Assembly (NCBI GenBank): GCA_050916045.1
Contig: CP051526.1
Span: 3,840,001 to 3,904,000 of the forward strand
Direction of reading: 5' to 3'
Source: Tepidisphaera sp.
GTDB taxonomy: Bacteria; Planctomycetota; Phycisphaerae; Phycisphaerales; UBA1924
DNA length: 64,000 nt
The translations under genes were made by a program, and so were the position numbers. The notes under the pieces are model-generated. The model had not been told where the DNA came from, searched no databases, and saw only the letters and a program-made list of their open reading frames with translations. Below are positions 9,980-18,616 of the stretch, piece by piece (positions within the stretch are counted from its first letter, which is position 1; the number at the start of each line of letters is the position of its first letter).

Positions 9980-10531
9980 TCATTCGAGGAGTTCCGCTAA
10001 CTTGGCAAGACACCGGGTACGGGTGGGCCCGATGCTCCCGACGGCCATGCCAAGCTGGGAGCTAATCTCCTCGTACGACACATCGGCTTGGGCGAGGTAA
10101 AGCAGGCGAAGCAGGGCTTCGCACCGCCCCCCGAGGGCCGCCAGGGCGGTTTCGAGGGTTTGGAGGCGTTCCAGGCGTTCGACCTTGTCGGGCTCGAGGT
10201 CGGCACTGAGCAACTCGGGCGCGGCGGGGCTCAGGGTTGTTTGGGCGGTTCGAGCGGCTTTCCAGCAGGCCCGGTGGGTGGTGGTAATCAGCCACTTGGG
10301 GACGGCTTGGACATCCTGGATCCTGGGGAGTTCACGGACCAGAGCGGTGAAGACCGTCTGGAAGATGTCGTCGCACGCTTCCTCGGAGAACCGGTATCCG
10401 CGCGGGATGGAGTAGACGAGGCGCTTGAAGCGGTGGACGACCTGCCGCCAGGCCCGCTCATCCCCGCGCGCGGCCGCAGTGAGCATCTCGCGGTCCTGCT
10501 GAAGTTGTGCCGCACTCTCCTCCGCGTGCAC
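9980..10531 (-). CDS. ECF sigma-70 family factor
   Basis: GDERAW...DDIFQTVF...WLITTT (region 2); SYEEISSQLGMAVGSIGPTRTRCLAKL (region 4). Confidence 0.92.
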   Translation of the reverse strand: MHAEESAAQLQQDREMLTAAARGDERAWRQVVHRFKRLVYSIPRGYRFSEEACDDIFQTVFTALVRELPRIQDVQAVPKWLITTTHRACWKAARTAQTTLSPAAPELLSADLEPDKVERLERLQTLETALAALGGRCEALLRLLYLAQADVSYEEISSQLGMAVGSIGPTRTRCLAKLAELLE

Positions 10532-10590
10532 GCGCTGCTCCCGTGAACGATCGACGCTCGTCCGGTCATTCTACGTTGGCTTTCGGAGGG

Positions 10591-11214
10591 TCAGTCGATC
10601 TGGTCGGCGACGGAGCGGCCCGGCCGGCCGATCAGCAGCTTGTTGATCAGGTCCTGCACGTGGTTGCCCGCCGTGTCCGTGCCGTGGCCGGGGATGTTGA
10701 GGGCGTGAAGAACGCCGTAGCCCATACCGACGTAGATGAGGAGCCAAGCGATCAGGTCGGCGGACACGCGCGGGTTGACCTTGTGCTCGGACTGGGCGAG
10801 CTCGAGTTCGCGTCGGAGAAACGCGTGAAGATTGCCAAGGTGGCGCGAAGCCGCGTGGTGGATCTGCTCGTCGTTGACCTCGGTGATGGCTTGCAGGAGC
10901 ACGCGGTAGGAGTCACGGGTCGCATCGCCGACCATCGGGTTGTCGCCGACGAGGCGGCGGAGGCGTTCGGCGGGGTCGGTCGCGCCGGCGAGGTGCTCTT
11001 CCCACATCTTGAGCGTCCGGTCGGCCGAGCGGTCGATCAGCGCGATGAACAGGTCGCGCTTGCTCAGGAAATGCCGGTAGATGATGGGCTCGGTGATTCC
11101 GGCGGACTTGGCGAGCTCGGCGGTGGTCGCGCGGGCGTACCCGTGCTGCGCGAAGAGCTCGGCGGCGCGGTCCAGCAACTGCTCACGACGTTGGGCGGCG
11201 GGGAGGCGGGACAT
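10591..11214 (-). CDS. TetR/AcrR family regulator
   Basis: RREQLLDRAAELFAQHGYARATTAELAKSAGITEPIIYRHF HTH. Confidence 0.93.
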   Translation of the reverse strand: MSRLPAAQRREQLLDRAAELFAQHGYARATTAELAKSAGITEPIIYRHFLSKRDLFIALIDRSADRTLKMWEEHLAGATDPAERLRRLVGDNPMVGDATRDSYRVLLQAITEVNDEQIHHAASRHLGNLHAFLRRELELAQSEHKVNPRVSADLIAWLLIYVGMGYGVLHALNIPGHGTDTAGNHVQDLINKLLIGRPGRSVADQID

Positions 11215-11220
11215 CCCGTT

Positions 11221-11261
11221 ATTCTAGGGCGGGACCGGACCCAGGCTAGTGAGTGCTCACT
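11221..11261 (-). promoter_or_regulatory. Candidate -10 box (TAGAAT) and palindromic operator upstream of the TetR gene
   Basis: TAGAAT (11226-11221) lies 6 nt before the ATG; AGTGAG-TG-CTCACT inverted repeat at 11248-11261. Confidence 0.55.
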
Positions 11262-11280
11262 GTGCGAAGGTGGAGGACCA

Positions 11281-11568
11281 TCAGGACCGAGGCGGCACCG
11301 GGTCGTAGCCACCCTTGACGAACGGATTGCACCGCAGGATGCGAGAAGCCGTCAGCCACGTGCCTTTGATGGGTCCATGGGTGCGGTAGGCGTCGAGGCC
11401 GTACCACGAACAGGTCGGGCTGAAGCGGCATTGGCGGCCCATGATCGGGCTGAGCGTGAACTGGTAGAGCTTGATGATCGCGATGAAGGGGAGGTTTCCC
11501 GCGCGGGCCCAGAGGGGGAGCGGGGGAAAGTGCGTGTGCGTCGGAGGCGTGCCGCCGGGGTCGCTCAT
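11281..11568 (-). CDS. yidD: Membrane protein insertion efficiency factor
   Basis: YQFTLSP...CRFSPTCSWY...RILRCNPF..GGYDPVP. Confidence 0.95.
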   Translation of the reverse strand: MSDPGGTPPTHTHFPPLPLWARAGNLPFIAIIKLYQFTLSPIMGRQCRFSPTCSWYGLDAYRTHGPIKGTWLTASRILRCNPFVKGGYDPVPPRS

Positions 11569-11972
11569 GGCTCACCTGGCGCTTCGCCGGCTCGTTCGCG
11601 GCGGCGGCGTTGGTCGCGGTCGGCGGCGGCGATGCCGTTCATCAGCAGCGTCTGGTACTGCTCGAGCGAAAGCGGGCTGTGAGGTTTGGCGGAGACGACG
11701 ATGTCGTAACCGGTCGCTTCGTCAAGCTTGGGGATGTCGCGCTGAAGCAGGCGGAAAGCTTCGCGGATCATGCGTTTGAGGCGGTTGCGGACGACGGCGT
11801 TGCCGACGACGCGGCCGACGGAGAGGCCCAGGCGGTGCGTCGGGCGGTCCGAAGGCAGGACGAAGACCGCGAGCGGGCCGGTGGACTTGCGCATGCGAGC
11901 GGCAAAGACCGCTGAGAACTCGCGGGCGTGGGTGAGTTTGTGGCGCGTGCTGAAACGGAAGGAAGGGGGCAC
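11565..11972 (-). CDS. rnpA: Ribonuclease P protein component
   Basis: RLGLSVGRVVGNAVVRNRLKRMIREAFR (RNR motif). Confidence 0.95.
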   Translation of the reverse strand: MPPSFRFSTRHKLTHAREFSAVFAARMRKSTGPLAVFVLPSDRPTHRLGLSVGRVVGNAVVRNRLKRMIREAFRLLQRDIPKLDEATGYDIVVSAKPHSPLSLEQYQTLLMNGIAAADRDQRRRRERAGEAPGEP

Positions 11973-12130
11973 GTGAGATGGTATTCACAGGTCGTGGAGT
12001 CTCGCCCCAGAGCGACTCTCGTCGAGGTATACACGGTGTGGCATGATTCTCGCTTTGGAGAAACATGATTGGGCATCATCGACTGTGTAGACCAACGAAG
12101 GAATGAAGACATGCTTCCTCAAAGCAGGAA

Positions 12131-12251
12131 GCACGGCGGGTGGCACGACTGCTTCTCTGGTCTCGGGGTTCGGTGGAGCCCGTTCTGCGGAATCGGCAGA
12201 GTATAACGGCAGGCGGGGGTGCCACGATCCGCCGCTTCGGCGCATCGTGGA
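12131..12251 (+). repeat. Left arm of a ~120-bp REP-like inverted repeat
   Basis: 12213-12251 is the exact 39-nt reverse complement of 12541-12579; GGCGGGTGGCACGAC also shared; arms carry GTGCCAC cores and CTTCGG hairpins. Confidence 0.85.
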
Positions 12252-12299
12252 TGGATCACCGAGTGTGTTGTCGCCGAGTGCCACCATCCCTCCGCTTCG

Positions 12300-12487
12300 G
12301 AGGGTGGTGGATGGTCGTGGCACGACGCGAGGTGATGAAGGACGCCGAGCGTGGCATCCGGGGCGCTGAGAAACAGCGGGAGCCTGCGGTACGTCGAGAG
12401 CGTGAGAAAGCGGAGGTTGTGGCCGTGCTCATGGCGACGGAGCCGCTTGCGAAGCGGAGGATCGAATGGAGGGTGGGGTGGGCTCAT
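12300..12487 (-). pseudogene. Truncated REP-associated tyrosine transposase (RAYT/Y1_Tnp-like) N-terminal fragment
   Basis: RKRLRRHEHGHNLRFLTLSTYRRLPLF resembles the RAYT N-terminal motif (FxTFxCYxRxPL); no HUH or catalytic Tyr segment follows; lies between the repeat arms. Left boundary approximate. Confidence 0.6.
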
Positions 12488-12540
12488 GCCGCACGCGACC
12501 ACGCCCGAAGGTTCGACGATTCATGCTGCACGGACGTCCT

Positions 12541-12664
12541 TCCACGATGCGCCGAAGCGGCGGATCGTGGCACCCCCGCTCACGGTTCCATCACGCCCAC
12601 ATCAGTCAACGGAGCCCCACCGAGGTCTCGAAGACCGCACGGCGGTCGTGCCACCCGCCGGTGC
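12541..12664 (-). repeat. Right arm of the REP-like inverted repeat
   Basis: Reverse complement of 12131-12251 (exact 39-nt core, diverged middle). Confidence 0.85.
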
Positions 12665-13743
12665 AATCCCAATAAACCAAAGAGAAGCATCGACGTTGTC
12701 GCCGGCACCGGAACGGCCATCATGAACGCACCATGCCCGACAAATTGGCCACCTTCCCATCTGTTGTACCGCCCGTACATCATCGTCCCGTCCCGAGTGA
12801 CGGCAACGTCGCTGTAGGTGTAGTCCGCAGGGGTCACATACCCAAGCAGATGGGCGTAGGCCGTAAACCCGATCATGCCTGTGGACGCCGTCCAGACAAA
12901 GTCGTCCTCTCCGACAGGTCCCCTGATCGTCGAGCAGACCCCGGTAATGATCGAGCCATTGTCTGAAATCGAATGAGCGATGCTGTCGTTGTAACCAGAG
13001 AGCCTCCCGAGCATCTCGACGACTCCATCCCTCCAAACGCAAGCCGTCGCAGTAGTCCATCCGCCTTCACCAATCGTGCCCCAAAAACCCACGACGGCCC
13101 GGCCGTCGGACGTCATGTTGTACGCATTCGATCCCAATTCGCCCCCACCAAGGTTCAGGACCGACTGACCTTCTGTAGCGACAATCGCGTACGATCGACC
13201 GCCAGAAAAAATACTACCTGCATAGGTCCGACCATCACTCGTGATGGCGACCGCCTCGCCATCCTGCCCCAGCGGCAGGGCCCGGATTCCTGTTTCGGGT
13301 GTCCACCGGAACGCACCGTCGCCGCCCGAGACGCGGTAGTTGCCCACCATCGTCCGCCCGTTGTCCGTGATCCCCAGCGGTCGAATCTCGAGCGCGCCGG
13401 CGTTGCCGAGGTTCTCGTAGGTGCCCGGACCCTGCCACCGAAACAATGAGCCGCGGCCTTGCGTGTTCCAAGTCTCACCGCCGACCACTGCACCGTCCGC
13501 TGAAATCACCGACGCGTACCCCGAAATTGCCTGTCCGTTGCTCCCTCGGACCAAAGTGAAACCTGCGGACTGGGTCCAGGAGGTGGCGTAGCCGTTTGCC
13601 TCCGACCCGACCAAGACCGACCCATCCCTCGAGGCGTTGAAAACCAACAAGTTCTCAACCAGCCGCAGCGACTGGGCGTCGGCGGTGCCCGCAAGGACGG
13701 GGCCGAGAACCAAAGCGGCGCAGGCGGCGAATCTCGTCTTCAT
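12580..13743 (-). CDS. HAF-repeat-like extracellular protein with PEP-CTERM-like (VPVP) sorting signal
   Basis: Signal peptide MKTRFAACAALV...; repeated A..IS.DG..VVG...F.W blades; C-terminal VPVPATTSMLLFGLLGLHRR. Confidence 0.85.
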   Translation of the reverse strand: MKTRFAACAALVLGPVLAGTADAQSLRLVENLLVFNASRDGSVLVGSEANGYATSWTQSAGFTLVRGSNGQAISGYASVISADGAVVGGETWNTQGRGSLFRWQGPGTYENLGNAGALEIRPLGITDNGRTMVGNYRVSGGDGAFRWTPETGIRALPLGQDGEAVAITSDGRTYAGSIFSGGRSYAIVATEGQSVLNLGGGELGSNAYNMTSDGRAVVGFWGTIGEGGWTTATACVWRDGVVEMLGRLSGYNDSIAHSISDNGSIITGVCSTIRGPVGEDDFVWTASTGMIGFTAYAHLLGYVTPADYTYSDVAVTRDGTMMYGRYNRWEGGQFVGHGAFMMAVPVPATTSMLLFGLLGLHRRVARPPCGLRDLGGAPLTDVGVMEP

Positions 13744-13857
13744 GCCCTCACCATACAACATTCTGGCGAATCCGCAAGGCAGATCAGCGGTTCTGCGCGA
13801 CCTTTGGCCGGGTGCCACCATCTCCTGGTCCTCCGGCGGACCTTGGCAACCAGAGGT

Positions 13858-14412
13858 CTAGTTCGTGGCGGCAATGCGCCGCACCGGGTTCACGCTCGCG
13901 GGGAGCAGGCCGATCAGGATGAGGACGCCGGCGATGGCGATGACCCAACTCCGCGTCCTTTCGCCCGTCACCAGACGGTGCAGGGTCGAGTCCATGACCG
14001 GCTTGGGGGGGAGGGCGATCGGGTCGGGCTCGAGGGCGGGGAAGACGGAAGCGCCGCCGGCGGCCTGTTCGAGCTGGTCGCCGTCGAGGGGGGAGCGGTC
14101 GGCGGTGATCTGGTTGAGCTGGCTTGCCGCGAGGGCGAGGCTCAGGGTCGGGTCCTCTTCCCGGAGGGCGGCCAGGAACTCCTCATGTCGGGCGATGCGT
14201 TGCAAGCGGTGTTCTTCGAAGATCCGGGCCCGATCGCGGAGCCAGCGGGCTTCGCGCAGGCTATCCACCGCCGGGATCAGCATCGTCGCCGAGAGCAGAG
14301 CCAGGCCGGCGATGAGAAAGAGCCAGCCGGGGTCGAAAGCCACCGGCCGGCGAGCGGACGCGGACGGCTGAGGCTTGGGAGCGGCGGATGGATCACTCGG
14401 GGTGGCGGACAC
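13858..14412 (-). CDS. Hypothetical membrane protein (two TM helices)
   Basis: FDPGWLFLIAGLALLSATMLIPA and WVIAIAGVLILIGLLP; GTG start 6 nt after TACACT. Confidence 0.7.
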   Translation of the reverse strand: MSATPSDPSAAPKPQPSASARRPVAFDPGWLFLIAGLALLSATMLIPAVDSLREARWLRDRARIFEEHRLQRIARHEEFLAALREEDPTLSLALAASQLNQITADRSPLDGDQLEQAAGGASVFPALEPDPIALPPKPVMDSTLHRLVTGERTRSWVIAIAGVLILIGLLPASVNPVRRIAATN

Positions 14413-14572
14413 GATCGGAGTGTATCGGTGCCCGGACGGAGCGAGGAGCAGAAAACCCGAGCCAGCGCCCAAGGGGGGTGTTTGGCCGGGGTGACGGTGC
14501 GACAGCGGTCGCGAAAGGGCGGGTTTGGAACCGGTCGGGGTCGGGGGTGACGGCGGGAATACGATGGGCTGG

Positions 14573-15928
14573 ATGAATCGACCCATCGGCATCACCGGGC
14601 TTGGCGTCGTGTCCCCCTTTGGCCTTGGGGTGAACGCGCTGTGGGAGGGTCTGGTTGCTGGAACCTCGGCGGTGAAACCGACGACCCGGTTCGACGCTGC
14701 CGCGTTCCGATGCAAGCTGGCGGGCGAGGTGTCGCAGTTCTCGGCTCGCGACCATGTGCCCAAGCACTATCGCAAAGCGGTCAAGGTGATGGCTCGGGAC
14801 ACCGAACTCGCCGTGGTGGCGGCCAAGCTTGCGGTGGAAGATGCCAAGCTGGTCACGCGGGCTCACGCTGGGGACGAGGCAGAAGCCACGCCGACGACGT
14901 ACGCCCCGGACCGGATGGGGTGCCAGATCGGAGCCGGCCTGATCTCCGCTGAAGCCGAGGAGCTGACCGGGGCTCTCGCGACCTCGACCGTCGCGGCGGG
15001 CGAGGATGGCGAGGTCTTCTCGCTGGAGCGCTGGGGTTCGGGCGGGCTGACCAATCTACCGCCGCTCTGGATGCTCAAGTACTTGCCGAACATGCTGGCG
15101 TGCCACGTCACGATCCTGCACGGGGCGGAGGGCCCCAGCAACACGATCACCTGCGGGGAAGCCAGCGGGCTGCTCTCACTGGGCGAAAGCTGCCGAGTGA
15201 TCGAGCGGGGCGCGGCGGACCTGTGCTTCTCGGGCGGAGCGGAGAGCAAGGTCAACGTGATGGGGCTGCTCCGGGCCGAACTCGCGGGCAAGGTCGGAGA
15301 GACCCGCGACGCCGAGACGGGCTCGGCGGCGGTCAAGCCTTATGACCCGCGTTCCGTCGGCGTGCCCGGCGAAGCCGGCGGCATCCTGATCGTCGAAGCG
15401 ATGGACCAGGCCAAAGCCCGCGGCGCGAAGGTGTACGCCCAGATCGTCGGATTTGGCGCCGCGCAGAGCGGCTGGCCGCCCTATTCGACCGCGGCGGAGC
15501 GCGTCGGGCTGACGGCCGTGCAAAATCGCGGGCTCCGGTTCGCGATCGAACGCGCCCTTCGTGATGCCGGCATCACCGCCAACGAGATCGACGCGATCGT
15601 GCCGCAAGCTCCCGGATCCAAGATCGAAGATGAGGGAGAGGGCCACACGCTCAAGCTTGTCTTCGGTGAGCGGCTTTCCCGGATCCCGCTGGTCACGCTT
15701 TCGCCGAACATCGGCAACTCGTGGGCGGGTTCGGGCGGCGTGGCGACGGCGGTGGCGGCGATGATGCTCTCCACGCAGACGATCCCGGCGCGGATCCACG
15801 AAGGGCGGCCGATGGAAGGCTTGCTCGCCGGATCCGCTTCATCCATGAAAGCCGCGTTGCGGCATGTGCTTCTCTGTTCGACGTCCCTCGGCGGCCAGAA
15901 CGCCGCCCTTGTTCTCAAAGCGGTCTGA
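14573..15928 (+). CDS. Beta-ketoacyl synthase-like protein with degenerate active site (CLF/KS-beta-like)
   Basis: KAS II-fold motifs, but TCGEASG replaces TACAS, PQAPGS replaces HGTGT and PNIGN replaces KSxxGH. Confidence 0.85.
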   Translation: MNRPIGITGLGVVSPFGLGVNALWEGLVAGTSAVKPTTRFDAAAFRCKLAGEVSQFSARDHVPKHYRKAVKVMARDTELAVVAAKLAVEDAKLVTRAHAGDEAEATPTTYAPDRMGCQIGAGLISAEAEELTGALATSTVAAGEDGEVFSLERWGSGGLTNLPPLWMLKYLPNMLACHVTILHGAEGPSNTITCGEASGLLSLGESCRVIERGAADLCFSGGAESKVNVMGLLRAELAGKVGETRDAETGSAAVKPYDPRSVGVPGEAGGILIVEAMDQAKARGAKVYAQIVGFGAAQSGWPPYSTAAERVGLTAVQNRGLRFAIERALRDAGITANEIDAIVPQAPGSKIEDEGEGHTLKLVFGERLSRIPLVTLSPNIGNSWAGSGGVATAVAAMMLSTQTIPARIHEGRPMEGLLAGSASSMKAALRHVLLCSTSLGGQNAALVLKAV

Positions 15929-15973
15929 AGCCTTGCGTCGGCTTCTCCGACCGAATCTTCACAGGAGCCTCCC

Positions 15974-16609
15974 ATGAGCGGCGAATACCAAGGCGGTTAC
16001 GGACGCGGGCGCGGTGGATATCAAGGTGGTGGCCAAGGCGGCGGCCAGAGCGGCCAAGGCGGCCGGTACGGAGGGGGAGGTCGCGGCGAAAGCGGCGGCC
16101 GGAGCGGCGGCGAACGTCGCGGCATCCCGCTGTCCGACCTGGACCCCGCGCTGACCGCGGTGTCCCACAAGGTCATCGGCTGCGCACGCGATGTGCATAT
16201 GAACCTCGGGCCCGGATACGCCGAAAGCGTCTACATCGAAGCCCTCAAGCACGAGTTCACGGCTCAGGGCATCCCCTTCGAGGTCGCCCGGTCCTACCCC
16301 GTCCGCTACAAGGACGCGACGGTGGGCCAGATCATCACCGACTTCGTCATCGACGGGAAGTTCGTCCTCGAAGTGATGTGCGAGTTCCGGGACGTGTCGA
16401 GCGGCGACCGCGCGGCTTTGCGGGCCCAGCTTAAAGCGTCCGACCTCACGCTCGGCCTCATCACCAACTTCGCCGGCCGTCGTCTGACGGACGGTCTGGT
16501 GCGGGTGCTCAACGTGGACAAGATCCGGGCCGAGCGCGGCGAGGACTTCCACGACGATGCGCAGGACGGCGGGCACGACGGCGGCGTGGACTTTGACGAC
16601 CGTTCGTGA
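15974..16609 (+). CDS. GxxExxY family protein with Gly/Arg/Tyr-rich N-terminal tail
   Basis: IGCARDVHMNLGPGYAESVY...DFVIDGKFVLEV...LGLITNF. Confidence 0.85.
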   Translation: MSGEYQGGYGRGRGGYQGGGQGGGQSGQGGRYGGGGRGESGGRSGGERRGIPLSDLDPALTAVSHKVIGCARDVHMNLGPGYAESVYIEALKHEFTAQGIPFEVARSYPVRYKDATVGQIITDFVIDGKFVLEVMCEFRDVSSGDRAALRAQLKASDLTLGLITNFAGRRLTDGLVRVLNVDKIRAERGEDFHDDAQDGGHDGGVDFDDRS

Positions 16610-16662
16610 TCGGGATCGGAACAGCGGGCCCGCCCGGACGGGGATGGCCTTCGGAGCTTGGC

Positions 16663-18006
16663 ATGGCGTCTCGTCGGGTTGTCATCACGGGCATGGGTTG
16701 GGTCACGCCGCTCGGCGCGGACCTTGAAACGGTCTGGGCCCGTCTTCTCGCGGGGGACTCGGGCATCGGCCCGGTCACGCGTTACCAAGCGGCGACCTTC
16801 CCGACGAACTTCGCCGCGGAGGTGCGCGACTTCAAGCTCACCGACCACGTCGAAGATAGCGGCGGGTATTACACCCGCGCGGGCCTGAGCACGCAGTACG
16901 CTCTCGCCGCGGCGACCAAAGCCTGGAAACAGGCCGGCCTCGACACGGCTTCGCAAAGCGGACTTGCCGACCCGTCGGAATTCGGCGTGTACCTCGGGGC
17001 GGGCGAAGGCTCGCTTGATTTCGAGAACTACGTCGCCACGCACCTTGCTTCGTGGAACAAGGAAACCAAGACCGTCGACGGGAAAGCCTGGGCGGCGCAC
17101 GCGGACAAAGCGATGTCCGCCGTCCGCGAGATCGAGCAGGAGCCCAACATGACGGTCTCCTACGTCGCTTCGGCGCTGGGGTGCATGGGGCCGGCTTTCA
17201 ACTGCATGACGGCGTGCGCCGCGAGCACGCAAGCGATCGGGGAAGCGTTCGAGATCATCCGCCGCGGCGATGCCCCGGGCATGCTCGCGGGCGGCGCTCA
17301 CACGATGATCCACCCGCTCGGCATGACCGGGTTCATCCGCCTCACCGCGATGAGCCAGCGTCGCGACACGCCCACGTCCGCCGCTCGACCCTTCGACCAG
17401 ACCCGCGACGGGTTCGTGATGGGCGAGGGCGCGGGGATCCTCGTGCTCGAGGAACTCGAGCACGCCAAGCGGCGCGGTGCGAACATTCTTGCCGAGGTCG
17501 TCGGGTACGGCTCGTCGGCGGATGCGTTCCGCATCACCGACATTCAGACCGAGGGCAAGGGTGCGATCGCCGCGATGAGCCAAGCTCTCCGGCAAGCGGG
17601 GATCAACCCGCGCGAGCCCGGAGCCGACGGCCGCCCGCCGGTGCACTACATCTCCGCCCACGGCACGGGCACGAAGGAAAACGACAAGATCGAGACGCTC
17701 GCGGTCAAAGGCGTCTTCGGCTCGATGGCTTCCAAGGTCCCCTTCAGCTCGATCAAGAGCATGATGGGCCACCTGATCCAAGCCGCCGGCGCGGTCGAGC
17801 TCATCACGTGCGTCCTGGCGATCCAGACCGGCAAGGTCCCGCCGACGATGAACCTGCAGACGCCGGACCCCGACTGCGACCTTGACTACGTGCCGAACAA
17901 GTCGCGCGACCTGAACGGTGCGGGCGGCGTGGATGTCTGCTTCTCGAACTCGTTCGGGTTCGGCGGGCAGAACGACACGGTGGTCGTGAAGCGATACGCG
18001 CCCTGA
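16663..18006 (+). CDS. fabF: Beta-ketoacyl-ACP synthase II
   Basis: MTACAAS (Cys), AHGTGT (His), KSMMGH (His), NSFGFGGQN. Confidence 0.88.
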   Translation: MASRRVVITGMGWVTPLGADLETVWARLLAGDSGIGPVTRYQAATFPTNFAAEVRDFKLTDHVEDSGGYYTRAGLSTQYALAAATKAWKQAGLDTASQSGLADPSEFGVYLGAGEGSLDFENYVATHLASWNKETKTVDGKAWAAHADKAMSAVREIEQEPNMTVSYVASALGCMGPAFNCMTACAASTQAIGEAFEIIRRGDAPGMLAGGAHTMIHPLGMTGFIRLTAMSQRRDTPTSAARPFDQTRDGFVMGEGAGILVLEELEHAKRRGANILAEVVGYGSSADAFRITDIQTEGKGAIAAMSQALRQAGINPREPGADGRPPVHYISAHGTGTKENDKIETLAVKGVFGSMASKVPFSSIKSMMGHLIQAAGAVELITCVLAIQTGKVPPTMNLQTPDPDCDLDYVPNKSRDLNGAGGVDVCFSNSFGFGGQNDTVVVKRYAP

Positions 18007-18010
18007 TTTT

Positions 18011-18106
18011 CAGAGCCCGACGCGCCAGCGAGGAAGAAGCGGAGTGACGCTCGCAAGTTCGCTAAAGCGACCGACGTCAGGCCGGAAGCGACGAGTCGCG
18101 GGATGG
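18011..18106 (+). repeat. 96-bp direct repeat copy 1 (REP-like arm + RBS + gene start)
   Basis: Matches 18580-18675 with 5 mismatches. Confidence 0.9.
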
Positions 18107-18616
18107 AGCCTCGTTTCCATCGGCCTTGTGTTCGCGTCGGTGACCTTCGCAATGCGTTGGTATGAGTGGCGGCAAGAATGGAACGATACCTGGATATGGT
18201 TTGAGGGCGGAACCGCGGGCTTAGGCTGGTCCCAGGCCATGCAATCCAACCGCAGACTCACAGGGTATTGGCCGCCGAAAGGCCTTTTCAAAGCTGAACG
18301 TCCGCTCTCCTGGAAGCTGGATGACAAAGATCCACCTGCCGCGTTTGACATCGGAGTATTCCGGCTGATCACTTGGACAGATTCAACCCGAGGTCAGTTA
18401 AGAGCTTGGCGTGCAAGGGTCCTGCTCTGGCCCTTTGGTCTGAGCTTTCTGATTGCGGGTGCGAGCTTCGTTGTCAACGGCCGTTGGGCGCGAAAGCTCG
18501 CGCAAGCCGGCAGTTGCCCGGCATGCGGCTACAACTTGAATGGCCTGCCACCGGCGACACCCTGTCCCGAGTGCGGCTCCAGAGCCCGACGCGCCAGCGA
18601 GGGAGAAGCGGAGTGA
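18044..18616 (+). CDS. Membrane protein with C-terminal CxxC...CPECG zinc ribbon (paralog 1)
   Basis: Two hydrophobic helices; CPACGYNLNGLPPATPCPECG. Confidence 0.75.
   Translation: MTLASSLKRPTSGRKRRVAGWSLVSIGLVFASVTFAMRWYEWRQEWNDTWIWFEGGTAGLGWSQAMQSNRRLTGYWPPKGLFKAERPLSWKLDDKDPPAAFDIGVFRLITWTDSTRGQLRAWRARVLLWPFGLSFLIAGASFVVNGRWARKLAQAGSCPACGYNLNGLPPATPCPECGSRARRASEGEAE

Noticed and set aside
6418..10531. Type III-E CRISPR (Craspase) locus
   Set aside because: No Cas7-11 gene or array in the window; only the regulatory logic is analogous.
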